From the NCBI GenBank assembly GCA_965235115.1, contig OZ249436.1:26972001-27036000 (forward strand): DNA of 64,000 nt, read 5' to 3'. The notes beneath the pieces were generated by a model. It did not search any database. It saw only the letters and a program-made list of their open reading frames with translations, and was not told the DNA's origin. Shown piece by piece: positions 38,569 to 54,400 of the stretch (within the stretch, counting starts at the first letter, position 1; the number at the start of each line of letters is the position of its first letter). The DNA comes from Laetmonice hystrix. Lineage: Eukaryota. Both the position numbers and the translations under genes were made by a program.

Positions 38569-40275
38569 TTTCCCAACCCCTATAATATGGCTAACTGGCC
38601 GTGTGACGTTAACCCTAACCACTCAGCCAACACCTTCCCCCCTCTTTCCAATCCCAATGATATGGTTGACTGGCCCTCAGATGTTACCCCTAACCACTCA
38701 GCCAACACCCTTCATGTTCCCAATCCCCATGATATGGCTGACTGGCCCTCACTCATTACTCCGAACCACTCAGCCAACACCCTCCCTCTACCCAATCCCC
38801 ATGATATGGCTGACTGGCCCTTAGACATTACCCCGAACCACTCAACCAACACCCTCCCTCTTCCCAATCCCCATGATATGGCTGACTGGCCCTCAGACAT
38901 TACCCCGAACCACTCAGCCAACAGCCTCCCCCTTCCCAATCCCCATGATATGGCTGACTGGCCCTTAAGACATTACCCCGAACCACCCAGCCAACACCCT
39001 CCCTCTTCCCAATCCCCATGATATGGCTGACTGGCCCTCAGACATTACCCCGAACCACTCAGCCAACACGCTCCTTCCTCCCAATCCCCATGATATGGCT
39101 GAATGTCCCTCACACATTACCCCGAACCACTCAGCCAACCCCCTCCCTCTTCCCAATCCCCACGATATGGCTGACTGGCCCTTAGACATTACCCGGACCA
39201 CTCAGCCAACACCCTCCCTCTTGCCAATCCCCATGATATGGCTGACTGGCCCTTAACATTACCCCGAACCACTCAGCCAACACCTTCCCCCCTTTTTCCA
39301 ATCCCAATGATATGGTTGACAGGCCCTGAGATGTTACCCCTAACCACTCAGCCAACATCCTCCCTCTTCCCAATCCCCATGATATGGCTGACTGGCCCTC
39401 AGACATTACCCCGAACCACTCAGCCAACACCCTCCCCTTCCCAATCCCATGATATGGCTGACTGGCCCTTAGACATTATCCCAAACCACCCAGCCAACAC
39501 CCTCCCTCTTCCCAATCCCCATGATATGGCTGACTGGCCCTCACTCATTACCCCGAACCACTCAGCCAACACTCTCCCCCTTCCCAATCCCATGATATGG
39601 CTGACTGGCCCTCAGACATTACCCCGAACGACTGAGCCAACACGCTCCCTCTTCCCAATCCCCATGATATGGCTGAATGTCCCTCACACATTACCCCGAA
39701 CCACTCAGCCAACCCCCTCCCTCTTCCCAATCCCCACGATATGGCTGACTGGCCCTTAGACATTACCCGGACCACTCAGCCAACACCCTCCCTCTTGCCA
39801 ATCCCCATGATATGGCTGACTGGCCCTTAGACATTACCCCGAACCACTCAGCCAACACCCTCCCTCTTCCCAACCCCTATGATATGGCTGACTGGCCCTT
39901 AGACATTACCCCGAACCACTCAGCCAACACCCTCCCTCTTCCCAATCCCCAAGATATGGCTGACTGGCCCTCAGACATTACTCCGAACCACCCACCCAAC
40001 ACCCTCCCTCTTTCCAATCCCCATGATATGGCTGACTGACCCCCAGACATTACCCCGAACCACTCAGCCAACACCCTCCCCCTTCCCAATCCCCATGATA
40101 TGGCTGACTGGCCCTTAGACATTATCCCAAACCACCCAGCCAACACCCTCCCTCTTCCCAATCCCCATGATATGGCTGACTGTCCCTCAGACATTACCCC
40201 GAACCACTCAGCCAACACCCTCCCTCTTCCCAATCCCCATGATATGGCTGACTGGACCACAGACATTACCCCGAA

Positions 40276-40737
40276 TAGCCGGGTCCCCAGCTCTATATTA
40301 ACTTCGTATATAGAGCCTGGCGTAGGCCAATCGAAGCGAGCATTGTGATTGGCCCATCGAAAACATGGACGCAAACGAGGTATAGTTCCGTACCCTCCGT
40401 ATTTCTCCAACAAGACACAAATATTTTCATCAATCCCTTTAAAATACAAGTGTTAAATGTCCTCGCTTTTCTGGATGTAAACATAGCGTCAGCAGTCCCA
40501 CCACCTGCTACGGTCTGCATACGCAGGGGCATGTTGCTATTGTTGGCCACTCCCGGCCACGCTCCAAGCAGAAGTCAATCACTCTGTTAACGCTGACCAA
40601 CGGACCGGAGGCGGAAGTGATTAGCTCCGAGGCGGAAGTGCTTGGAGATCACCACTTCCGTTTTACAGCTTTCTGTTAGCCATCACCGGGCCTAACATCA
40701 AGCGGATGCGTATGGTAAGGCGGCGGGGACCAGGCTA
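40276..40737. mobile_element. Module A MITE-like element, copy 4
   Basis: Same TIRs, TSD, flanks and internal sequence as copy 1. Confidence 0.92.
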
Positions 40738-40903
40738 TACCCCGAACAACTCAACCAACACCCTCCCTCTTCCCAATCCCCATGATATGGCTGACTGGCC
40801 CTTAGACATTACCCCGAACCACTCAGCCAACACCTTCCCCTCTTCCTAATCCCCATGATACGGCTGTCTGGCCCTAAGACATTCCCTCAAACCACTCAAC
40901 CAA

Positions 40904-41523
40904 ATTCATCATTGTTGATTTTTACTATAGTCATTCAGTTACAACAAGACAAGAATTATATGTGTGCAGGGGTGGCGTCGTGACACAGTGCAGATATTTC
41001 ATCTGAAGGGTCAACTCCCACAAACTTTTTTTCACTGTTTTCTTTTGTGATTTTTTGGGTATTTTTCCCCTTTTCTTCTATACTACCACCTCCAACCACC
41101 CAGAGTGACGCTCCAGTACAGCGAAATCAAATTAACCTTGATATAAACACCCAGCAGACATATCTCAGTACTGCGACATCCATTACCCACAAACTTTTGT
41201 TTCATTTTTTTCTCTTTTGATTTTTTGGGGCTATTTTTCGTTTTTCTTCTATACTACCACCTCCAACCAATCCTATATCCCCCTTCCCAATCCCTGACAT
41301 GACTGATTGGTCTTCAGACATTCCCTCCAAACACTTAGCCGACATCTCATCCCCTTCCCAATCCACATGCTGTGGCTGTCTGGCCCTCAGACATTACCTC
41401 TAACCACACAACCAACACCTTCCCCACACTCACTCCCACAGGGTGATGAAACGAATGGGGCCTATTGTGACCCGGGCCCCAAGGGGAATGACAATGATCA
41501 TAAATGATGATAAGATGACTCGA
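40904..41523. repeat. B+C cassette, haplotype 1
   Basis: Follows MITE copy 4. Type-1 markers. Confidence 0.92.
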
Positions 41524-44500
41524 TTTCCCAACCCCTATAATATGGCTAACTGGCCGTGTGACGTTAACCCTAACCACTCAGCCAACACCTTCCCCCCTCT
41601 TTCCAATCCCAATGATATGGTTGACTGGCCCTCAGATGTTACCCCTAACCACTCAGCCAACACCCTTCATGTTCCCAATCCCCATGATATGGCTGACTGG
41701 CCCTCACTCATTACCCCGAACCACTCAGCCAACACCCTCCCTCTACCCAATCCCCATGATATGGCTGACTGGCCCTTAGACATTACCCCGAACCACTCAA
41801 CCAACACCCTCCCTCTTCCCAATCCCCATGATATGGCTGACTGGCCCTCAGACATTACCCCGAACCACTCAGCCAACACCCTCCCTCTTCCCAATCCCCA
41901 TGATATGGCTGACTGGCCCTCAGACATTACCCCGCACCACCCAGCCAACACCCTCCCTCTTTCCAATCCCCAGGATATGGCTGACTGACCCTCAGACATT
42001 ACCCCGAACCACTCAGCCAACACCCTCCCCCTTCCCAATCCCCATGATATGGCTGACTGGCCCTTAGACATTATCCCAAAGCACCCAGCCAACACCATCC
42101 CCCTTCCCAATCCCCATGATATGGCTGACTGGTCCTCAGACATTACCCCGAACCACAGAGCCAACACCCTCCCTCGACCTAATCCCCATGATATGGCTGA
42201 CTGGCCCTCAGACATTACCCCGAACCACTCACAGCCAACACCCTCCCTCTTCCCAATCCCCATGACATGGCTGACTGGCCCTCAGACATTACCCCGAACC
42301 ACTCACCCAACACCCTCCCTCTTCCCAATCCCCATGATATGGCTGACTCGCCCTTAGACATTACCCCGAACCACTCAGCCAACACCTTCATCCCTTCACA
42401 GTCTCCATGATATGGCCGACTGGCCCTTAGACATTACCCCGAACCACTCAGCCAACACCCTCCCTCTTGCCAATCCCCATGATATGGCTGACTGGCCCTT
42501 AGACATTACCCCGAACCACTCAGCCAACACCCTCCCACTTCCCAATCCCCATGATATGGCTGACTGGCCCTTAGACATTACCCCGAAACACTCAGCCAAC
42601 ACCTTCATCCCTTCACAATCTCCATGATATGGCCGACTGGCCCTTAGACATTACCCCGAACCACTCAGCCAACACCCTCCCTCTTGCCAATCCCCATGAT
42701 ATGGCTGACCGGCCCTTAGACATTACCCCGAACCACTCAGCCAACACCCTCCCTCTTGCCAATCCCCATGATATGGCTGACTGGCCCTTAGACATTACCC
42801 CGAACCACTCAGCCAACACCTTCCCTCTTCCCAATCCCCATGATATGGCTGACTGGCCCTCAGACATTACCCCGAACCACTCAGCCAACAGCCTCCCCCT
42901 TCCCAATCCCCATGATATGGCTGACTGGCCCTTAGACATTACCCCGAACCACCCAGCCAACACCCTCCCTCTTCCCAATCCCCATGATATGGCTGACTGG
43001 CCCTCAGACATTACCCCGAACCACTCAGCCAACACGCTCCTTCTTCCCAATCCCCATGATATGGCTGAATGTCCCTCACACATTACCCCGAACCACTCAG
43101 CCAACCCCCTCCCTCTTCCCAATCCCCACGATATGGCTGACTGGCCCTTAGACATTACCCGGACCACTCAGCCAACACCCTCCCTCTTGCCAATCCCCAT
43201 GATATGGCTGACTGGCCCTTAGACATTACCCCGAACCACTCAGCCAACACCTTCCCCCCTTTTTCCAATCCCAATGATATGGTTGACAGGCCCTGAGATG
43301 TTACCCCTAACCACTCAGCCAACATCCTCCCTCTTCCCAATCCCCATGATATGGCTGACTGGCCCTCAGACATTACCCCGAACCACTCAGCCAACACCCT
43401 CCCCTTCCCAATTCCATGATATGGCTGACTGGCCCTTAGACATTATCCCAAACCACCCAGCCAACACCCTCCCTCTTCCCAATCCCCATGATATGGCTGA
43501 CTGGCCCTCACTCATTACCCCGAACCACTCAGCCAACACTCTCCCCCTTCCCAATCCCATGATATGGCTGACTGGCCCTCAGACATTACCCCGAACGACT
43601 GAGCCAACACGCTCCCTCTTCCCAATCCCCATGATATGGCTGAATGTCCCTCACACATTACCCCGAACCACTCAGCCAACCCCCTCCCTCTTCCAAATCC
43701 CCACGATATGGCTGACTGGCCCTTAGACATTACCCGGACCACTCAGCCAACACCCTCCCTCTTGCCAATCCCCATGATATGGTTGACTGGCCCTCAGATG
43801 TTACCCCTAACCACTCAGCCAACACCCTTCATGTTCCCAATCCCCATGATATGGCTGACTGACCCTCACTCATTACCCCGAACCACTCAGCCAACCCCCT
43901 CCCTCTTCCCAATCCCCACGATATGGCTGAGTGGCCCTTAGGCATTACCCGGACCACTCAGCCAACACCCTCCCTCTTGCCAATCCCCATGATATGGCTG
44001 ACTGGCCCTCAGACATTACCCCGAACGACTGAGCCAACACGCTCCCTCTTCCCAATCCCCATGATACGGCTGAATGTCCCTCACACATTACCCCGAACCA
44101 CTCAGCCAACCCCCTCCCTCTTCCCAATCCCCACGATATGGCTGACTGGCCCTTAGGCATTACCCCGAACCACTCAGCCAACACCCTCCCTCTTCCCAAT
44201 CCCCATGATATGGCTGACTGGCCCTTGGACATTACCCCGAACCACTCAGCCAACACCTTCCCCCCTCTTTCCAATCCCAATGATATGGTTGACTGGCCCT
44301 CAGATGTTACCCCTAACCACTCAGCCAACACCCTTCATGTTCCCAATCCCCATGATATGGCTGACTGGCCCTCACTCATTACCCCGAACCACTCAGCCAA
44401 CACCCTCCCTCTACCCAATCCCCATGATATGGCTGACTGGCCCTTAGCCATTACCCCGAACCACTCAGCCAACACCCTCCCTCTTCCCTATCCCCATGAT

Positions 44501-47500
44501 ATGGCTGACTGACCCTCAGACATTACCCCGAACCACTCAGCCAACACCCTCCCCTTCCCAATCCCATGATATGGCTGACTGGCCCTTAGACATTATCCCA
44601 AACCACCCAGCCAACACCCTCCCTCTTCCCAATCCCCATGATATGGCTGACTGTCCCTCAGACATTACCCCGAACCACTCAGCCAACACCCTCCCACTTC
44701 CCAATCCCCATGATATGGCTGACTGGCCCTTAGACATTACCCGGACCACTCAGCCAACACCCTCCCCTTCCCAATTCCATGATATGGCTGACTGGCCCTT
44801 AGACATTATCCCAAACCACCCAGCCAACACCCTCCCTCTTCCCAATCCCCATGATATGGCTGACTGGCCCTCACTCATTACCCCGAACCACTCAGCCAAC
44901 ACTCTCCCCCTTCCCAATCCCATGATATGGCTGACTGGCCCTCAGACATTACCCCGAACGACTGAGCCAACACGCTCCCTCTTCCCAATCCCCATGATAT
45001 GGCTGAATGTCCCTCACACATTACCCCGAACCACTCAGCCAACCCCCTCCCTCTTCCAAATCCCCACGATATGGCTGACTGGCCCTTAGACATTACCCGG
45101 ACCACTCAGCCAACACCCTCCCTCTTGCCAATCCCCATGATATGGTTGACTGGCCCTCAGATGTTACCCCTAACCACTCAGCCAACACCCTTCATGTTCC
45201 CAATCCCCATGATATGGCTGACTGACCCTCACTCATTACCCCGAACCACTCAGCCAACCCCCTCCCTCTTCCCAATCCCCACGATATGGCTGAGTGGCCC
45301 TTAGGCATTACCCGGACCACTCAGCCAACACCCTCCCTCTTGCCAATCCCCATGATATGGCTGACTGGCCCTCAGACATTACCCCGAACGACTGAGCCAA
45401 CACGCTCCCTCTTCCCAATCCCCATGATACGGCTGAATGTCCCTCACACATTACCCCGAACCACTCAGCCAACCCCCTCCCTCTTCCCAATCCCCACGAT
45501 ATGGCTGACTGGCCCTTAGGCATTACCCCGAACCACTCAGCCAACACCCTCCCTCTTCCCAATCCCCATGATATGGCTGACTGGCCCTTGGACATTACCC
45601 CGAACCACTCAGCCAACACCTTCCCCCCTCTTTCCAATCCCAATGATATGGTTGACTGGCCCTCAGATGTTACCCCTAACCACTCAGCCAACACCCTTCA
45701 TGTTCCCAATCCCCATGATATGGCTGACTGGCCCTCACTCATTACCCCGAACCACTCAGCCAACACCCTCCCTCTACCCAATCCCCATGATATGGCTGAC
45801 TGGCCCTTAGCCATTACCCCGAACCACTCAGCCAACACCCTCCCTCTTCCCTATCCCCATGATATGGCTGACTGACCCTCAGACATTACCCCGAACCACT
45901 CAGCCAACACCCTCCCCTTCCCAATCCCATGATATGGCTGACTGGCCCTTAGACATTATCCCAAACCACCCAGCCAACACCCTCCCTCTTCCCAATCCCC
46001 ATGATATGGCTGACTGTCCCTCAGACATTACCCCGAACCACTCAGCCAACACCCTCCCACTTCCCAATCCCCATGATATGGCTGACTGGCCCTTAGACAT
46101 TACCCGGACCACTCAGCCAACACCCTCCCTCTTGCCAATCCCCATGATATGGCTGACTGGCCCTTAGACATTATCCCAAAGCACCCAGCCAACACCCTCC
46201 CCCTTCCCAATCCCCATGATATGGCTGACTGGTCCTTAGACATTACCCCGAACCACAGAGCCAACACCCTCCCTCGACCCAATCCCCATGATATGGCTGA
46301 CTGGCCCTCAGACATTACCCCGAACCACTCACAGCCAACACCCTCCCTCTTCCCAATCCCCATGACATGGCTGACTGGCCCTCACACATTACCCCGAACC
46401 ACTCAGCCAACCCCCTCCCTCTTCCAAATCCCCACGATATGGCTGACTGGCCCTTAGACATTACCCGGACCACTCAGCCAACACCCTCCCTCTTGCCAAT
46501 CCCCATGATATGGTTGACTGGCCCTCAGATGTTACCCCTAACCACTCAGCCAACACCCTTCATGTTCCCAATCCCCATGATATGGCTGACTGACCCTCAC
46601 TCATTACCCCGAACCACTCAGCCAACCCCCTCCCTCTTCCCAATCCCCACGATATGGCTGAGTGGCCCTTAGGCATTACCCGGACCACTCAGCCAACACC
46701 CTCCCTCTTGCCAATCCCCATGATATGGCTGACTGGCCCTCAGACATTACCCCGAACGACTGAGCCAACACGCTCCCTCTTCCCAATCCCCATGATACGG
46801 CTGAATGTCCCTCACACATTACCCCGAACCACTCAGCCAACCCCCTCCCTCTTCCCAATCCCCACGATATGGCTGACTGGCCCTTAGGCATTACCCCGAA
46901 CCACTCAGCCAACACCCTCCCTCTTCCCAATCCCCATGATATGGCTGACTGGCCCTTGGACATTACCCCGAACCACTCAGCCAACACCTTCCCCCCTCTT
47001 TCCAATCCCAATGATATGGTTGACTGGCCCTCAGATGTTACCCCTAACCACTCAGCCAACACCCTTCATGTTCCCAATCCCCATGATATGGCTGACTGGC
47101 CCTCACTCATTACCCCGAACCACTCAGCCAACACCCTCCCTCTACCCAATCCCCATGATATGGCTGACTGGCCCTTAGCCATTACCCCGAACCACTCAGC
47201 CAACACCCTCCCTCTTCCCTATCCCCATGATATGGCTGACTGACCCTCAGACATTACCCCGAACCACTCAGCCAACACCCTCCCCTTCCCAATCCCATGA
47301 TATGGCTGACTGGCCCTTAGACATTATCCCAAACCACCCAGCCAACACCCTCCCTCTTCCCAATCCCCATGATATGGCTGACTGTCCCTCAGACATTACC
47401 CCGAACCACTCAGCCAACACCCTCCCACTTCCCAATCCCCATGATATGGCTGACTGGCCCTTAGACATTACCCGGACCACTCAGCCAACACCCTCCCTCT

Positions 47501-47851
47501 TGCCAATCCCCATGATATGGCTGACTGGCCCTTAGACATTATCCCAAAGCACCCAGCCAACACCCTCCCCCTTCCCAATCCCCATGATATGGCTGACTGG
47601 CCCTTAGACATTACCCCGAACCACTCAGCCAACACCCTCCCACTTCCCAATCCCCATGATATGGCTGACTGGCCCTCAGACATTACCCCGAACCACTCAC
47701 AGCCAACACCCTCCCTCTTCCCAATCCCCATGATATGGCTGACTGGCCCTTAGACATTACCCCGAACCACTCAGCCAACACCTTCCCCTCTTCCTAATCC
47801 CCATGATACGGCTGTCTGGCCCTAAGACATTCCCTCAAACCACTCAACCAA

Positions 47852-48471
47852 ATTCATCATTGTTGATTTTTACTATAGTCATTCAGTTACAACAAGACAA
47901 GAATTATATGTGTGCAGGGGTGGCGTCGTGACACAGTGCAGATATTTCATCTGAAGGGTCAACTCCCACAAACTTTTTTTCATTGTTTTCTTTTGTGATT
48001 TTTTGGGTATTTTTCCCCTTTTCTTCTATACTACCACCTCCAACCACCCAGAGTGACGCTCCAGTACAGCGAAATCAAATTAACCTTGATATAAACACCC
48101 AGCAGACATATCTCAGTACTGCGACATCCATTACGCACAAACTTTTGTTTCATTTTTTTCTCTTTTGATTTTTTGGGGCTATTTTTCGTTTTTCTTCTAT
48201 ACTACCACCTCCAACCAATCCTATATCCCCCTTCCAAATCCCTGACATGACTGATTGGTCTTCAGACATTCCCTCCAAACACTTAGCCGACATCTCATCC
48301 CCTTCCCAATCCACATGCTGTGGCTGTCTGGCCCTCAGACATTACCTCTAACCACACAACCAACACCTTCCCCACACTCACTACCACAGGGTGATGAAAC
48401 GAATGGGGCCTATTGTGACCCGGGCCCCAAGGGGAATGACAATGATCATAAATGATGATCAGATGACTCGA
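47852..48471. repeat. B+C cassette, haplotype 2
   Basis: Type-2 markers plus the ATTACGCACAAA variant. Confidence 0.92.
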
Positions 48472-50178
48472 TTTCCCAACCCCTATAATATGGCTAACTG
48501 GCCGTGTGACGTTAACCCTAACCACTCAGCCAACACCTTCCCCCCTCTTTCCAATCCCAATGATATGGTTGACTGGCCCTCAGATGTTACCCCTAACCAC
48601 TCAGCCAACACCCTTCATGTTCCCAATCCCCATGATATGGCTGACTGGCCCTCACTCATTACCCCGAACCACTCAGCCAACACCCTCCCTCTACCCAATC
48701 CCCATGATATGGCTGACTGGCCCTTAGACATTACCCCGAACCACTCAACCAACACCCTCCCTCTTCCCAATCCCCATGATATGGCTGACTGGCCCTCAGA
48801 CATTACCCCGAACCACTCAGCCAACAGCCTCCCCCTTCCCAATCCCCATGATATGGCTGACTGGCCCTTAAGACATTACCCCGAACCACCCAGCCAACAC
48901 CCTCCCTCTTCCCAATCCCCATGATATGGCTGACTGGCCCTCAGACATTACCCCGAACCACTCAGCCAACACGCTCCTTCTTCCCAATCCCCATGATATG
49001 GCTGAATGTCCCTCACACATTACCCCGAACCACTCAGCCAACCCCCTCCCTCTTCCCAATCCCCACGATATGGCTGACTGGCCCTTAGACATTACCCGGA
49101 CCACTCAGCCAACACCCTCCCTCTTGCCAATCCCCATGATATGGCTGACTGGCCCTTAACATTACCCCGAACCACTCAGCCAACACCTTCCCCCCTTTTT
49201 CCAATCCCAATGATATGGTTGACAGGCCCTGAGATGTTACCCCTAACCACTCAGCCAACATCCTCCCTCTTCCCAATCCCCATGATATGGCTGACTGGCC
49301 CTCAGACATTACCCCGAACCACTCAGCCAACACCCTCCCCTTCCCAATCCCATGATATGGCTGACTGGCCCTTAGACATTATCCCAAACCACCCAGCCAA
49401 CACCCTCCCTCTTCCCAATCCCCATGATATGGCTGACTGGCCCTCACTCATTACCCCGAACCACTCAGCCAACACTCTCCCCCTTCCCAATCCCATGATA
49501 TGGCTGACTGGCCCTCAGACATTACCCCGAACGACTGAGCCAACACGCTCCCTCTTCCCAATCCCCATGATATGGCTGAATGTCCCTCACACATTACCCC
49601 GAACCACTCAGCCAACCCCCTCCCTCTTCCCAATCCCCACGATATGGCTGACTGGCCCTTAGACATTACCCGGACCACTCAGCCAACACCCTCCCTCTTG
49701 CCAATCCCCATGATATGGCTGACTGGCCCTTAGACATTACCCCGAACCACTCAGCCAACACCCTCCCTCTTCCCAACCCCTATGATATGGCTGACTGGCC
49801 CTTAGACATTACCCCGAACCACTCAGCCAACACCCTCCCTCTTCCCAATCCCCAAGATATGGCTGACTGGCCCTCAGACATTACTCCGAACCACCCACCC
49901 AACACCCTCCCTCTTTCCAATCCCCATGATATGGCTGACTGACCCCCAGACATTACCCCGAACCACTCAGCCAACACCCTCCCCCTTCCCAATCCCCATG
50001 ATATGGCTGACTGGCCCTTAGACATTATCCCAAACCACCCAGCCAACACCCTCCCTCTTCCCAATCCCCATGATATGGCTGACTGTCCCTCAGACATTAC
50101 CCCGAACCACTCAGCCAACACCCTCCCTCTTCCCAATCCCCATGATATGGCTGACTGGACCACAGACATTACCCCGAA

Positions 50179-50640
50179 TAGCCGGGTCCCCAGCTCTATA
50201 TTAACTTCGTATATAGAGCCTGGCGTAGGCCAATCGAAGCGAGCATTGTGATTGGCCCATCGAAAACATGGACGCAAACGAGGTATAGTTCCGTACCCTC
50301 CGTATTTCTCCAACAAGACACAAATATTTTCATCAATCCCTTTAAAATACAAGTGTTAAATGTCCTCGCTTTTCTGGATGTAAACATAGCGTCAGCAGTC
50401 CCACCACCTGCTACGGTCTGCATACGCAGGGGCATGTTGCTATTGTTGGCCACTCCCGGCCACGCTCCAAGCAGAAGTCAATCACTCTGTTAACGCTGAC
50501 CAACGGACCGGAGGCGGAAGTGATTAGCTCCGAGGCGGAAGTGCTTGGAGATCACCACTTCCGTTTTACAGCTTTCTGTTAGCCATCACCGGGCCTAACA
50601 TCAAGCGGATGCGTATGGTAAGGCGGCGGGGACCAGGCTA
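50179..50640. mobile_element. Module A MITE-like element, copy 5
   Basis: Same TIRs, TSD, flanks and internal sequence as copy 1. Confidence 0.92.
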
Positions 50641-50806
50641 TACCCCGAACAACTCAACCAACACCCTCCCTCTTCCCAATCCCCATGATATGGCTGACTG
50701 GCCCTTAGACATTACCCCGAACCACTCAGCCAACACCTTCCCCTCTTCCTAATCCCCATGATACGGCTGTCTGGCCCTAAGACATTCCCTCAAACCACTC
50801 AACCAA

Positions 50807-51426
50807 ATTCATCATTGTTGATTTTTACTATAGTCATTCAGTTACAACAAGACAAGAATTATATGTGTGCAGGGGTGGCGTCGTGACACAGTGCAGATAT
50901 TTCATCTGAAGGGTCAACTCCCACAAACTTTTTTTCACTGTTTTCTTTTGTGATTTTTTGGGTATTTTTCCCCTTTTCTTCTATACTACCACCTCCAACC
51001 ACCCAGAGTGACGCTCCAGTACAGCGAAATCAAATTAACCTTGATATAAACACCCAGCAGACATATCTCAGTACTGCGACATCCATTACCCACAAACTTT
51101 TGTTTCATTTTTTTCTCTTTTGATTTTTTGGGGCTATTTTTCGTTTTTCTTCTATACTACCACCTCCAACCAATCCTATATCCCCCTTCCCAATCCCTGA
51201 CATGACTGATTGGTCTTCAGACATTCCCTCCAAACACTTAGCCGACATCTCATCCCCTTCCCAATCCACATGCTGTGGCTGTCTGGCCCTCAGACATTAC
51301 CTCTAACCACACAACCAACACCTTCCCCACACTCACTCCCACAGGGTGATGAAACGAATGGGGCCTATTGTGACCCGGGCCCCAAGGGGAATGACAATGA
51401 TCATAAATGATGATAAGATGACTCGA
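50807..51426. repeat. B+C cassette, haplotype 1
   Basis: Follows MITE copy 5. Type-1 markers. Confidence 0.92.
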
Positions 51427-54400
51427 TTTCCCAACCCCTATAATATGGCTAACTGGCCGTGTGACGTTAACCCTAACCACTCAGCCAACACCTTCCCCCC
51501 TCTTTCCAATCCCAATGATATGGTTGACTGGCCCTCAGATGTTACCCCTAACCACTCAGCCAACACCCTTCATGTTCCCAATCCCCATGATATGGCTGAC
51601 TGGCCCTCACTCATTACCCCGAACCACTCAGCCAACACCCTCCCTCTACCCAATCCCCATGATATGGCTGACTGGCCCTTAGACATTACCCCGAACCACT
51701 CAACCAACACCCTCCCTCTTCCCAATCCCCATGATATGGCTGACTGGCCCTCAGACATTACCCCGAACCACTCAGCCAACACCCTCCCTCTTCCCAATCC
51801 CCATGATATGGCTGACTGGCCCTCAGACATTACCCCGCACCACCCAGCCAACACCCTCCCTCTTTCCAATCCCCAGGATATGGCTGACTGACCCTCAGAC
51901 ATTACCCCGAACCACTCAGCCAACACCCTCCCCCTTCCCAATCCCCATGATATGGCTGACTGGCCCTTAGACATTATCCCAAAGCACCCAGCCAACACCA
52001 TCCCCCTTCCCAATCCCCATGATATGGCTGACTGGTCCTCAGACATTACCCCGAACCACAGAGCCAACACCCTCCCTCGACCTAATCCCCATGATATGGC
52101 TGACTGGCCCTCAGACATTACCCCGAACCACTCACAGCCAACACCCTCCCTCTTCCCAATCCCCATGACATGGCTGACTGGCCCTCAGACATTACCCCGA
52201 ACCACTCACCCAACACCCTCCCTCTTCCCAATCCCCATGATATGGCTGACTCGCCCTTAGACATTACCCCGAACCACTCAGCCAACACCTTCATCCCTTC
52301 ACAGTCTCCATGATATGGCCGACTGGCCCTTAGACATTACCCCGAACCACTCAGCCAACACCCTCCCTCTTGCCAATCCCCATGATATGGCTGACTGGCC
52401 CTTAGACATTACCCCGAACCACTCAGCCAACACCCTCCCACTTCCCAATCCCCATGATATGGCTGACTGGCCCTTAGACATTACCCCGAAACACTCAGCC
52501 AACACCTTCATCCCTTCACAATCTCCATGATATGGCCGACTGGCCCTTAGACATTACCCCGAACCACTCAGCCAACACCCTCCCTCTTGCCAATCCCCAT
52601 GATATGGCTGACCGGCCCTTAGACATTACCCCGAACCACTCAGCCAACACCCTCCCTCTTGCCAATCCCCATGATATGGCTGACTGGCCCTTAGACATTA
52701 CCCCGAACCACTCAGCCAACACCTTCCCTCTTCCCAATCCCCATGATATGGCTGACTGGCCCTCAGACATTACCCCGAACCACTCAGCCAACAGCCTCCC
52801 CCTTCCCAATCCCCATGATATGGCTGACTGGCCCTTAGACATTACCCCGAACCACCCAGCCAACACCCTCCCTCTTCCCAATCCCCATGATATGGCTGAC
52901 TGGCCCTCAGACATTACCCCGAACCACTCAGCCAACACGCTCCTTCTTCCCAATCCCCATGATATGGCTGAATGTCCCTCACACATTACCCCGAACCACT
53001 CAGCCAACCCCCTCCCTCTTCCCAATCCCCACGATATGGCTGACTGGCCCTTAGACATTACCCGGACCACTCAGCCAACACCCTCCCTCTTGCCAATCCC
53101 CATGATATGGCTGACTGGCCCTTAGACATTACCCCGAACCACTCAGCCAACACCTTCCCCCCTTTTTCCAATCCCAATGATATGGTTGACAGGCCCTGAG
53201 ATGTTACCCCTAACCACTCAGCCAACATCCTCCCTCTTCCCAATCCCCATGATATGGCTGACTGGCCCTCAGACATTACCCCGAACCACTCAGCCAACAC
53301 CCTCCCCTTCCCAATTACATGATATGGCTGACTGGCCCTTAGACATTATCCCAAACCACCCAGCCAACACCCTCCCTCTTCCCAATCCCCATGATATGGC
53401 TGACTGGCCCTCACTCATTACCCCGAACCACTCAGCCAACACTCTACCCCTTCCCAATCCCATGATATGGCTGACTGGCCCTCAGACATTACCCCGAACG
53501 ACTGAGCCAACACGCTCCCTCTTCCCAATCCCCATGATATGGCTGAATGTCCCTCACACATTACCCCGAACCACTCAGCCAACCCCCTCCCTCTTCCAAA
53601 TCCCCACGATATGGCTGACTGGCCCTTAGACATTACCCGGACCACTCAGCCAACACCCTCCCTCTTGCCAATCCCCATGATATGGTTGACTGGCCCTCAG
53701 ATGTTACCCCTAACCACTCAGCCAACACCCTTCATGTTCCCAATCCCCATGATATGGCTGACTGACCCTCACTCATTACCCCGAACCACTCAGCCAACCC
53801 CCTCCCTCTTCCCAATCCCCACGATATGGCTGAGTGGCCCTTAGGCATTACCCGGACCACTCAGCCAACACCCTCCCTCTTGCCAATCCCCATGATATGG
53901 CTGACTGGCCCTCAGACATTACCCCGAACGACTGAGCCAACACGCTCCCTCTTCCCAATCCCCATGATACGGCTGAATGTCCCTCACACATTACCCCGAA
54001 CCACTCAGCCAACCCCCTCCCTCTTCCCAATCCCCACGATATGGCTGACTGGCCCTTAGGCATTACCCCGAACCACTCAGCCAACACCCTCCCTCTTCCC
54101 AATCCCCATGATATGGCTGACTGGCCCTTGGACATTACCCCGAACCACTCAGCCAACACCTTCCCCCCTCTTTCCAATCCCAATGATATGGTTGACTGGC
54201 CCTCAGATGTTACCCCTAACCACTCAGCCAACACCCTTCATGTTCCCAATCCCCATGATATGGCTGACTGGCCCTCACTCATTACCCCGAACCACTCAGC
54301 CAACACCCTCCCTCTACCCAATCCCCATGATATGGCTGACTGGCCCTTAGCCATTACCCCGAACCACTCAGCCAACACCCTCCCTCTTCCCTATCCCCAT

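Larger units (their letters stand above)
30837..40275 (+). repeat. Expanded HOR unit, 9439 bp
   Basis: 7390 + 2192 (duplication, junction ~34140) - 143 (two monomers lost near 35850) = 9439. Confidence 0.85.
40276..50178 (+). repeat. Expanded HOR unit, 9903 bp
   Basis: 7390 + 1363 + 1368 (duplications, junctions ~44760 and ~46380) - 218 (three monomers lost near 47590) = 9903. Confidence 0.85.
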
